Positions 26,762 through 38,900 of a stretch of DNA of 64,000 nucleotides are shown piece by piece. The translations under genes and the position numbers were made by a program. The notes below the pieces were generated by a model. It searched no databases and was not told the origin of the DNA. It was given only the letters and a program-made list of their open reading frames with translations. The DNA lies in assembly GCA_043228905.1 (NCBI GenBank), contig JBHGNT010000007.1, forward strand, positions 17,422,001 through 17,486,000, in the 5' to 3' direction. The stretch's first letter is position 1. Each line of letters opens with the position of its first letter. The DNA is from Azolla caroliniana. Lineage: Eukaryota > Plantae > Polypodiophyta.

Positions 26762-27614
26762 TGAAGCTTGGAGCATTATTGGCTAGCCAATACGAGATCA
26801 AGAACAATAACCTCGAAAATCAGGTAATTGCATAGAGGGAGGGAGGGAGGGCCATGGCCATGGTCATCATCATCATGACCATAGCCATGGCACCGGAGCA
26901 TAGCGCAATCGCATCAGAAAGCAAGCACTCAATGGCCAAGCTCCCGAACTTCCTCTTTGCAAATGGGTTTTGCTTGTTCGTGATGCATATAACAACAAAA
27001 ATTTTAAGGAGCATATATACGTATATAAGTTTCAGATTAAAATATATATGTTTGAGCAAGTGCGCATGTGTGCACTCACACGAATACGTGGGTGTTATAT
27101 TATGTGTATGTGGAGACTGATCTCTCCTAGGGAACAAGTATGGACAATATTCGCCTTTAATCATCCCAATGTCTTTAAGGTCTTGATTGTTAGGATGCTT
27201 CGAAAACATAGCTTCTTCGACCGATGAAGTAACTGATTGTCCAGGAAAGGAGGTTGAATTATTGGATGATGATGACTCATCAGTCCATCCTATTGCAATG
27301 CCACCGACAAAGAAAACACCTAGTGGACCCATCATAATCATCAACTTGAGATTTCCGATACTCTTACCAACGGATTATTGCACGTATCATGGTGTTTTCT
27401 AGTCTAGAACTACTTGGACATTCATTGGATCCATAGAGACACTTTCCAATGAAACTATATCGTGGGAATTCCACTTGATTGCAACTAAAGCTACAAATCT
27501 TGAGTTTAACATAAAGTTCATATTCTCAAAATCATTATAGACTTGGTGAACATGCACACCCTCCTCTTTAGTTAAAGAAACCCAACTATTTTTTTATATA
27601 TATAAATTTTTACA

Positions 27615-28371
27615 ACAAAGTATAGATTTCTTCTTTTCTTCATCCACATCGTGGAGCACTAGTCTTGTATCAGGAACATAGCCATTCAGAGTGTCTAGTT
27701 TTGCATATATAGCCTTGCAATCGGGATGCCACTACTGACGAGGAAAGAATCTATGAATTTCATCATTCACCTCGATCATTTTGCATCCTAGTTGTTTCTT
27801 TACTCCTCGTTGGACCATCGTTTCTCTTAGCATTTTTACATCATTCCACCTCCCATTTGGCATAAATATTTGAGAGCAAGATATACGGAGCTCCATTATT
27901 GGGTTCCAATAGAGAGATGTAATTTAAGGCCATTTCCCCTCGTTGGATCTCGCCTAAATTCCTACATGCACCAAGAAGAGTCATCCTATAAGAGTTGAGG
28001 CATGAACTGGCATACTATAAATAAGGTCTTCGGCCACATCGAGATCGCCACTTTTTCCAAATAAGTCTACCATAATAACCCACCACAGGTGAAATGTGGT
28101 GTTCCTCAATCATTGATTTGAAGAATTTTGATCCTTCCTCAATGAGCCCAACATGGTTGCATGCACTTAACACAATAAGAAGGTCACTTCATCTGGCTTG
28201 GCTTCGTGCCCTCATCTTGCATTTGTTCAAAGAGTTCAATGGATCTCTTCCCATGACCAATCTAAGAAAAGCAAGAGAGCATCGCATTCCAAGAGACCTC
28301 ATCCTGCCTAATGTCATTGAAGAATGAGAATGCTTCCATCGAATCCCCACACTTGCTATACATGTTTATGA
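27615..28371 (-). pseudogene. PPR (PLS-E-E+/start of DYW) pseudogene fragment
   Basis: INMYSKCG..VSWNAML..VTFLIVLSACNHVGL..TLLGACR..YILLSNIYA..GYVPDTRLVLHDVDEEKKK. Contains stops and frameshifts and ends just before the HSE motif. Confidence 0.88.
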
Positions 28372-29085
28372 TCAAAGGAACCCGGCTTGCTTCTTAATAA
28401 AGAAGATCGGTACACCAATGAGAGATCGTGAATGTCAAATGAATCTAATTGTTGAATTCTCATTAATATGTTTTCGGCAAACATTAAGCTTTCATCATGG
28501 TAGGTTGTAAGTTGATTACCACATTGGGTCTTTCCCTCGTAAATTGAATATCTATATACGGAGAATTGTAAGGTTGATGTTTGAGGACTGTATCAACCTT
28601 CTCTTTATTGAAGACATCTATAAATTCTTGACATTTGATTGGACGTAATATTTTTGGCTTCTTTAGACTTGTGGATGACATTGTTACCACCACCAATTCA
28701 AACAATTTTTCTTTTTATCTCACTTTGTGTAATATTTGCAAGGATTAAATTTGATGATACATTGGACTTTGATTCAAAACAATAGGGTTGTTAGTTATAT
28801 GTTTTTTGGGGGTTCCATGATTCTGCATTTTCCCCGATCAATATTTAGATTGCGAAGCTCGAACCAAGGTAGACCGAGGACAACTAGATGCTCATGAACA
28901 TGGATTATATTCAATGAAATCACACAAACTAGGTCATCAAGAAGTATAGGACTTGGCGTACTTTCTTTAATTATGTCTCTAGAAGCAATAGGGTGACCAT
29001 TCATGACAATGATAGATGCTAAACAAGGTAGTTTTTCAAGACGATTTTCTATGTCAAGGAAAATTCTCAATCCATGAAGAGTTGG

Positions 29086-31708
29086 TGTCACGGACACCAA
29101 GTGCGGACTAAGACAGAGCACGGATGATGAGGCTACGACAGAGCGATGATGGAATGACACAAGAGCATAAAGATAGCGATGAAGATTAAGGAGAGAAGAT
29201 GGGCGAAACGAGAATACTAGATTGATATGTCCATGACTGGCGTTGTTCAACTTGAATTCCTTCAAGGTGAACTCAACTATTTATACTAAGTGGCATGCAT
29301 ACCTGTTGCACGCATGTGATACAATAGAGCATGTAGGCAGTAGGTACGCATGCATGCGCCAAGTGTTAATAATACAAGGGAGAAATTATGCACATGATGC
29401 TAGGTAAAACCTACAATGAGGAAGTATATACATGATTATATGCTAGATGTGTGGTTAACACATAACACTCAATTATAACATGGTTATGTCAAGAGTTCGA
29501 ATCTTGACATTATCCCCCCTCCAACGATGCCTTCCCAAATCGTTTGTCGGCTTAAGGGGATATTGTTGATGAAAATCTTAGATCACCTCCAAAGTATTTT
29601 GTAAATCCTAGACAAGGAGTAACCCTTCCACAAGACGAGGTATTTAACACCAACGGGCATGAGCGACCATGTGTGGTCCTCGCCTAGAACGGGAACTGGA
29701 ACGATCCTCGTTGAGAGTTGGAACACGAACACCAACAGGCGTGAGCAACCATGTTGTCCTCACCGAGAAATGGAACACGAACGAGTGAGCGACCATGTGG
29801 CCCTCACCAGGAACACGAACACGAACGAGAGTAATCGACTATGTGTGGTCCTCACCAGGAACTGGAACATGAAGAACAACGGGCATGAGCGACCATGTCG
29901 GTCCTCACCGAGATCTGGAACACGAACAATAGTTGGAGTGAGCGGCCATATGCGGTCCTCACCGGAGACTGGAACACGAACGGGAGTGAGCGACCATGCG
30001 GCCCTCACCGGGAACAGGAACACGAACGGGAGTGAGCGGCCATGTGCGGCCCTCACCGGGAACAGGAACACGAACGGGAGTGAGCGGCCATGTGCGGCCT
30101 CATCGGGAACTCGAACATGAACGGGCGTGAGCGACCATGCGGCCCTCACCGGGAACTTGAACACGAACGGGCGTGAGCGACCATGCGGCCCTCACCAGGA
30201 ACTCGAACACGAACGTGTGTGAGCGACCATGCGGCCCTCACCGTTAACTCGAACACGAACGGGTGTGAGCGACCATGCGGCCCTCACCGGGAACTAGAAC
30301 ACGAACACCAACGGGAGTGAGCGTCCTTGTGCGGACCTCACCGGGAACTGGAACACGAACACTAACGGGAGTGAGCGGCCTTGTGCGGCCCTCATCGGGA
30401 ACTGGAACACGAACACCAACAGGAGTGAGTGGCCTTGTGCGGCCCTCACCGGGAACTAGAACACAAACAATAGTTGGAGTGAGTGACCATGTGTGGTCCG
30501 GTGATGGTCCTCACCGGAGATTGGAACACAAACACCAACAGGCATGAGAGACCATGTTGGTCCTCGCCGAGAGTTGGAACACGAACACCAATGGGCGTGA
30601 GCGACCATGTGTGGTCCTCACCGAGAACTGGAACATGAGCCACAATGGGCATGAGCGACCATGTCGGTCCTCGTTGGGATGTGGAACATGAAAAATAACT
30701 GGAGTGAGCGACCATGTGCGGTCCTCACCGGAGACTGGAACACGAACGGGAGTGAGCGACCATGCGGCCCTCACCGGGCACAAGAACATGAATGGGTGTG
30801 AGCGACCAAGCGGCCCTCACCAGGAACTGGAACACGAACGGGCGTGAGCGACCATGCAGCCCTCACCGGGCACAAGAACACGAATGGGTGTGAGAGACCA
30901 TGCGGCCCTCACCGGGAACTCGAACACAAACGTGCGTGAGCGACCATGCGGCCCTCACCGGGAACTGGAACATGAACGGGCGTGAGCGACCATGCGGCCC
31001 TCACTGGGAACTGGAACACGAACACCAACGGGAGTGAGCGGTCTTGTGTGGCCCTCACCGAGAACTAGAACACAAACACGAACCGGAAAGAAACTAAAAA
31101 ATAGAGACAATGATGAGGAGAACTAAAAGCCAATGAAAATTATGAGAAGAAACTAGGAGATAGAAACGGTGAGGAAGATAGGAAATGAAGCGATGTTGAT
31201 GATGGTACGATGACGATGGTAACTCTAGAAGCAAAGGCGATGACGGAGATGGGTGATGCTTCTAGTTGGAAGGTGAACAAACTGTCACGGACACACCAAG
31301 TGCGGACTAAGACGGAGCATGGATGATGAGGCTACGACGGAGCGATGACAGAATGACACAAGAGCATAAAGATAGAGATGAAGATTAAGGAGAGAAGATG
31401 GGCGAAACGAGAATGCTAGATTGATATGTCCATGACTGGCGTTGTTCACCTTGAATTCCTTCAAGGTGAACTCAACTATTTATACTAAGTGGCATGCGTA
31501 CCTGTTGCACGCATGTGATACAATAGAGCATGTAGGCAGTAGGTACGCATGCATGTGCCAAGTGTTAATAATACAAGGGAGAAATTATGCACATGATGCT
31601 AGCTAAAACCTACAATGAGGAAGTATATACATGATTATATGCTAGATGTGTAGTTAACACATAACACTCGATTACAACATGGTTATTTCAAGAGTTCGAA
31701 TCTTGACA
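29086..31708 (-). mobile_element. Non-autonomous chromovirus-derived LTR element (2.6 kb) with an internal hairpin array
   Basis: LTRs at 29086-29509 and 31283-31708 (TGTCA..TGACA), TSD GTTGG on both sides and PPT GGAGGGGGGATAA at ~29510-29522. Chromodomain remnant (KYLVLWKGY, DFHQQYPLKP) at ~29530-29645. No gag or pol. Confidence 0.93.
29656..31085. repeat. Tandem array of ~28 units of 46-57 bp
   Basis: Plus-strand consensus GTGAGCGACCATGCGGCCCTCACCGGGAACTGGAACACGAACGGGC. Confidence 0.95.
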
Positions 31709-32911
31709 GTTGGCTCCTAAATCTAAGAGAGAAGAGGCAATGACTCGATGACATCTAGAAATACTACATTCAAGTTGTGTTTCAAAATCATTACTAACGT
31801 GATTCGATGAAATGGAACCATTGCTCTAGATTAACTATACAAATTGTGCAGGGCTACATATTGGAACAAGGATATGGGTTTGCATAGTTGATGCTCGGAA
31901 AGTTTCCTGAATAGTAGTTGTCACATCAAATGACTCAACTGATTGCATGTATAAGTGATTTAGGATACTCATGAAGTGTGAGCATTAGTCCTTTACATCA
32001 TTACAATTACCTTGTTGATATCAATTCATTATGTCTCTTAGACCCAGGGGAGGTCACATGTAAGAAGGGAGAAATCAGTTGTATAAGGCAAGGCTCGATC
32101 ATCTCCTTGTTATAACTTTCGAATGTTTTTTACAGCAATTGTCATGCAATCTATACCTTCAAAGTAAATTTAACATTCCGTAATAAACTAATCAAATTTC
32201 TCTAGTAATGGTGTTAACCAAATTATCGTCGTATTAGCTAATAAAGACCAATCAATCCTAATCATGCCACATCATCAAGCAATATTAATTTGAAATATTA
32301 TTTGCATCTAATTAAGGAATGTTCGAAATTGTGATAGAGTACCATCAAACTTAGATGGGAGACTTATCTTTGGTTCTTATTCTTGTAAAGTTACTATGCT
32401 ACTTCAAGTTAATGAATCCATTGAGTTAATTCTTCATGTTTTCAAGCTTTCTCAACATTCCCTTGTTGTAAAAAGTCTTTGATTCTCTTGTTCCAGGGCC
32501 ATGTTTTCTGATAAAAAGTCGTTATGGACAAAGGTAGCGTATTTGCATGTTACGGGCATAACCATAATTTATCCCGTGGTAAGTTGTACCGTAGTATTTT
32601 ACACACGAGGATAAAGTGTGAGGGTTAATCAAGAGTGTGAAGAAGGGAGGATTACTTTTAATCCTAGGAATTGAGACAACTCATAAATATGTCTGGGGGC
32701 CTTATGTCTAGCTATAAATATGAGGCCTAGCTGCGCTCATTAGACACATCATTCGACTATGTCGAAACTGTGATCTTGTGGTGAAAAAACTCTTGTAACA
32801 AGTGTGCCAATACTAGGTACAACTCGATGACATGGCAGTGGTATGGGATGCCGATCAAGGCTCAAGTCTGTTTTGATCCCTTTGCTTGGAGGTGGTATGT
32901 TGGATTGGCAC

Positions 32912-32946
<35 letters not shown>

Positions 32947-35900
32947 CTACTTATCATTTGTTTCATTACATGTTTGGCTTTGTTAGCTAAAATGTCACAA
33001 TCTTGAAATAGTGCAACTAAGAAAGCATTGATATCCCTTACATCGCCACCGAGGAACAAAAAGAGATATGTGTTGGAGTAAGTTAGTGGAGTTGCACACG
33101 TACAATTTTAGCTAATGATCTTCAACGCATTATATAAGGATTGAAGAGTAATTTTTGTGGGTTGTGTGAGGCTCATGTTGAGGGGAGTCTGTCGAGTAAT
33201 TATGTGTTGAGGTTTTGTTGCTTCATTTATACATTATGTTTTCTTGTAGCCATTGCAAAGTGGCTTGTAACATATGAGTTGTATATTATCTTATGTATGG
33301 AAGTAGATTTTTTTTTGAAAAAAAAAAAAGAGAGTAGTTTTTGTGGAATGCAAAAATTGAGGAAAATCCAATAAATATGTGTGCACAAAGTAGTAGAAAG
33401 AGAAGAAAACATTAATACAATGTAGCATATATTATATAATGTTTGCGTGTACTACTTGAGCACGACCATTGGGCACCTGGACCAGGGAAGATGCGATGCC
33501 GACTACAAAATGCTTGGAATGGTGTCATTTGCTTGAGTAGCTAGCTAGACAAGATATACTTGTATGCCTTCATATGGTATGTTTCCTTTGTGTGGTCTAT
33601 GGCCTTTCTCATGCTTTCTTTAAAAGGAGTTCTCCTTCTCTAAACTCCCACAAACCCTAACAATCCCTGAATAGAATAACGAGGGAAGATTATGACAAAA
33701 CCCGAAGCCTCTAAGAAATAGGAGAGGAATAATAATAATAATAATCATAAGTTATGTCACCGAACCCTAAAACCCAAGACAATCAACTCTCTTTTTCATC
33801 TTCTCTCCAATAATCCACACTCCTCTCCTCTTAAAAAACAAAAACTTCAACATTGCCTCTCCTTCCTCTTTTATAGTGAAAAGGAAGACGATAAAGCACA
33901 TGCTCCATACTCCTCTCCCCCCAAAAACACAAAAACCTCACCATTCCCTCTCATTCCCCTTTTGCTCGTGCACCCACTAAGACTCACACTCCTCATGTTT
34001 TCAAGCCAAATAATTCCCTTCAACTATTTAAGTTATACACATTTATTAGTTTGATCTCATTTTTATATTCTCATAATATAACCATATATTCTTATAATAT
34101 ATACAATCCCTAAACCCACCACTCATAGAATTATGCAAATGCATGTGGGGTGGGGTGTTTTGCACCATGTGCCATTGTCATCACAACAACAGCAAAATAC
34201 ATAATGAAGTAACAAAGGTTCAATATAGTTCTTCTTGTATTACAATATCCCTCTCCTCATTTCAAAACTTGTGAGACTCTCTTTATGGACTGCTACCCTT
34301 GCACTTTTATACTCAAGGTTGAAAGGTTCACATTAGGTTAGTTTACCCAACTAAGATTTCCATGCAACCTGCATGTTTATGAAAATGTCATAATAGAGGC
34401 CGATAAAGTGAGAGAAAGCTAAATAGTTTTGCCTATTTGCAGATAAGATTCACATGCATTTCTAATTTAAGTCCAATAATGTGGATATTCCCTATCTCCC
34501 ACTTGAGATTACAAACTGTGTTTGTGACACAAACTAGTTTGCATAAGTGGTAGTAATGGATCAAAGATGTAAATAGGACACAATAGGAAAAATGCCATTA
34601 TTCTTCGATAATTGAAAGGGTTGAGGATGAACTTGGATTTGAAGATGCAAGTGGTCATGTCTATGTGCACATTGTCGAGATTATGGGACATTTTGCATAA
34701 CACTTGATGTCATATTCAGTTGAAAGATATGCTAGAGGTTGGTCGCAGGTGCACAAGATGATGAAGCCTACATTGTGTTGGAACCATGAGTGAAAGGTTC
34801 AATGCACATGGAAGAGAACGTAAGAGAGGAATTCCAACCAAAGAAATTGCTAATCGAGAATATCACACCCCTCAACATATCTAGGAACCGTAATAATGAT
34901 CATGTGATGTGGTTCTCAATCACATACTTGATGATAATAGAAGAAGTGTACATTTTATTGGAGATGATGGAGAGTATGTAGGAGTGAGAACTCCCTTGCA
35001 CAATAGTGGGAGACATTTTCCTAGAGAAGAATGTATTGAACACATGGTTGTTGAACTTGATCAAATAATTTATCATGAAGCCACACAAAAGGTGGTTCGC
35101 AACATGAGACCCATGAACTCAGAAACATACATTTGGGAGGCTCCCATAAGTGTACAATACTAGAAAAAGTTTGCCTAGTAGGTTTGATGGATGAGATCGT
35201 GTACTAGGTTTGATGAGCAACACAAACTAACTCATCACCTCCTTTTTTCTTCACTTTTCTACCTCTTTCTTCTTCTTTTCAAATGCCCTCCCCTATTTCA
35301 GAACATAGAATCCTCCAACTCCACAATTCCCATAAAACCCCAAATAAACTCCAACACATTATCGGGAGAAAAACGCTCTCCCACATCATAAAGATCAAGA
35401 AAAGAGAAACAACACCCATATACTAGTATATAGAGGACCTTCTTAGTGTGCATTTGCACACAACTTTTATTCTCCTTTCTCAAATAGAGGGCATCGCTCT
35501 AGAAGTTCATCACAAGCTGACTTATTCGAAGGAAAGGGCGTCCTAACATGCAATAGTAGGTTTGGCCAATCTACTAACTACAAATGTGAGACAATACTCA
35601 ATATTGTATATTATGATGGGGTGATCTATTATCATACCCTCTAGGCATTGGATCGAGCCATTGATGGTGTAGAGTTTTATATCTACAAACACCATTTTGG
35701 GACTACCCCGCTTCTACCAATAATTGTAATGTATAATACTAATTCTCACCCAAATATCAAGTATTCCTAGAATAGTGACATTGTTTACCTTTACAAGGAG
35801 TATGAAACTTGTACTGTGAAGGGTGTAACAACCCATGCATCTAATTGTTGAGGTTTTGAAGTTGCATTATTTAGGATAGCCATTATAGGTCCCCTATGTC

Positions 35901-38900
35901 TAGCATGGAGTTTTCCTTGTACTCATTGAAGGACATCGTGCCATGGCTAAGAGTCTAGTCTTGAGACTTCTTATATTATGACTGCATGTAGCCTAGCAAA
36001 GCCAAAAATCAAGGTCTTTGTTCTCTATAGTGGGGAACCTACCCATCCTACGTACTTCGTTTCTTTACAAAGACACTTTAAGTTGTAGGATGTGTTGTAT
36101 CAAGTCCACATCAACTTTTGGGGTTCTTACATTTTCTTGTCTTAATGGGTAGAGTCCATTCATGACTAACAAAAGTATTTATATATAGTGAAATTTATGG
36201 TTGGCTATGGTGTCTGTGAATGTTGTCGCGAGTTACTTGCTATGCTTGCATGTAAAATGTTGAGTGAGACCCCTTGGAACTTGGACCAAGAAAGATGGTT
36301 CATCATTGGCATTGTTGATGAGAGGTTGCGAAATTTGAGTTTGACGGTAACACATGGTCGTGTTTCTCATGATCTTCCCTTCTTGTATCGTGTGGGAACA
36401 TTTGGAAGGATGTACTATGTGTGCAAGTAAAATGTGATGTAGTTCGCCCCTCTATGTATGGTATGAATTGGATTGAGGAATATGTGTGTTGGCATCTGTA
36501 AATGTGTAGAAAGTGATGGACGAATGGATATGTGGCCTCATGAAGTTAAACTGATGCAATATGTGTGTTTTTATTGACAGGAGCTCTTGAGGGCTCATTC
36601 AAGTGAATGTGTGAGTATGTGAATGTGAATGGACAAAGACTTTGCATGTTCGTTTTTATGTGTATTAAATGTGCATTTGTGTGTAAGAGGGTTATTGATG
36701 TATGTGCATTTGTGTTTCATGTGTATGTGTATAGTGTTTGTGTTTAAATATATGTGTGTTTTGTGCTAATGCGTATTTAGTGTGTTCTGTACATGTAGCC
36801 TGTTATAGACTTTATAGTTCAAACTTCAAAGTGGGAAGGATAGACTTTTGGAAATAGTTTACATATGTTCATATATTTTATTGAACTTTGGGACTATTTG
36901 GGTAACATAAATGGGAACATATGAAGAAAATATTTGTTGTGTGATGCCTAGGCTTGGAGCCTAGGGTGGGGTTCATGAAGTTCCATGCTCGACACGTGCG
37001 TCGATCATCGGCGTCAACATGTATCAACTCCATGGTTATCAATGTTTTTATCTTTTACATAATGGTTCTATATGACCTCCACACGACAGTTGATGTTGGA
37101 TTTTTTAACCTTCAATACTAAAGTTATTAGTGATCTCCACATGATGATTATGGCTAAGGTTTTTAAACCTCAATATGATGGTTTGTTGTTTCTACTATAG
37201 TCAATGAGAGTTGTTAAATGCTCCACATGATAGTTCACCTTCAACTTTTCACAAACAATTCAATATCATTGTCTACTTATGTTGCTTACACAACATAAGT
37301 GAGAGGTTTTGGGCCAAAGTAAACACAATAATTCTTGTTGACTTTTTTGACCCTCTACATGATGGTAGTTGTGTACAGTACTAAACCAAGTGAGAGTTCA
37401 TGAGTCAATATCAATGTGATGGTTCATGTTGAGTGTTTTGTCCTGCTACATAATGGTAGCAATTGTATACACAACAAAATTTAGTTGTCTACTTGAAGGA
37501 AATAAGTTAGAGATTATGATCCAAAATCAAAACAATGGTTTCTATTGACTGTTTTGGCCCTCTACACAAAGGTTCAACACAACCAGAGTGAACAGTGAAT
37601 TTTGTGTAGTTTTCTATGCTTTGCAAAGCTTACAGAGATTTTAAGTGAAATCCCCAAAGGTACACTTGAGACTCTTGAATATATTGTATTCTTTATCCTA
37701 GGACTAGATCATCTTGGGAAGAGTATATAGTTATAATTACCCTTAACAATTAATCAATGGTTATCGTTAGACTTAACAATAGGTAAGTTGATTATCAAAA
37801 TGATTCATCACTACTTGTGATTTAATTAGTTGGAGTGAAAAAAAACAAAAAATGAACACTAAAAGAAAATATGAACATAGCCCCTAGAATGTGATTTGTT
37901 AATTAAAAACATGATGGAAACACCAAAAAGAAAAAAAACTAGAAACAAAAAAAATTAAGGTTTGGAGGTGATTCGTCCTCACGTCCTTAGCCTAGAGACC
38001 TAATTTGAATGGGGTAAACTTTGAGAAGGAATTTGGGTTCAAAAAGTCACAAAACTAAGCAAAAAAACAAATGTAATTTGCAAGAATCCCATAAGTACAT
38101 ACATAAATGAGGTTTCGCACAACTATATAAGATAATGAATAGAAGATAAAGGAACAATATATAATGATGATTTGAGATGGCAAAGATAGTATGGTTGGAC
38201 AAGTCATAAAATAGACCCCTTGAGACCTAATTTGAATTGGGATAACTTTGGCAAGAAATTCTGGTTGAAATTGTTGAAACGCTAATTTTAAATAAATGTA
38301 ATTCATATAGGATGATGAAATAGAAATTACTGGGTTATGGAGGGCTTCAAGATTATGAGAGAGATCAAGACTATTAGAGGAAAACAAACTATTAACTCAC
38401 ACCTTGTACTACTTTTACCCACATCTTTGTAGCATTTTGTAAAATTATACAATTGTTGTTAACCTAATGTATATAATATCAACTAGTTTAACTATACATG
38501 CATAAGTGAATCCAATGTAGTTAGTCATATTGTATGCACTATGTGTATAAATCATTATGGCACATAATAGCCATGGTTGTATCATAAAAAGGAGATGTGA
38601 AAGATGAATGTTTTATATAAGTTTGTTTTTATCTAAGCATGCACACACTATTGCTTGTCTTAGAATAAATCATTATGGACCTACCAAATTAGAGTTCTAG
38701 AAAATATAGGTATATCCCTCGATCATATCATGAATGAAACTTGGAAACTTTTGAGGTTATCTACACTTTCTTTGCACCCTTCCTTGAAGTAACAAAGTTG
38801 TTACCTAATTCCTCGAATTTGCCATTTGACCCAACCAACGGAATCTAAAAATAGATAAAAAATTTAGAAATAAAAAACAATAATTGTTGAAAGCAAACCC

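Larger units (their letters stand above)
27380..31960 (-). mobile_element. Decayed Tcn1-type Gypsy relic (PR-RT), interrupted by a PPR fragment and by a 2.6-kb LTR element
   Basis: 31714-31800 and 28373-29085 align with PR/RT of the 57933-63789 element (LVLGLPWFE, PIFFIKK). 27380-27620 gives EYELYVKL.ICSF..NQVEF..SMDPMNVQ, which matches [25 protein letters not shown]. Confidence 0.82.

Noticed and set aside
29659-30789. 90-153-aa ORFs in the tandem array
   Set aside because: They are open on both strands because the GC-rich unit lacks stops, and unit lengths such as 46 bp do not preserve frame.
29656-31085. CRISPR-like appearance of the hairpin array
   Set aside because: The linkers are homologous to each other rather than unique spacers, there are no cas genes, and the context is a eukaryotic LTR element.
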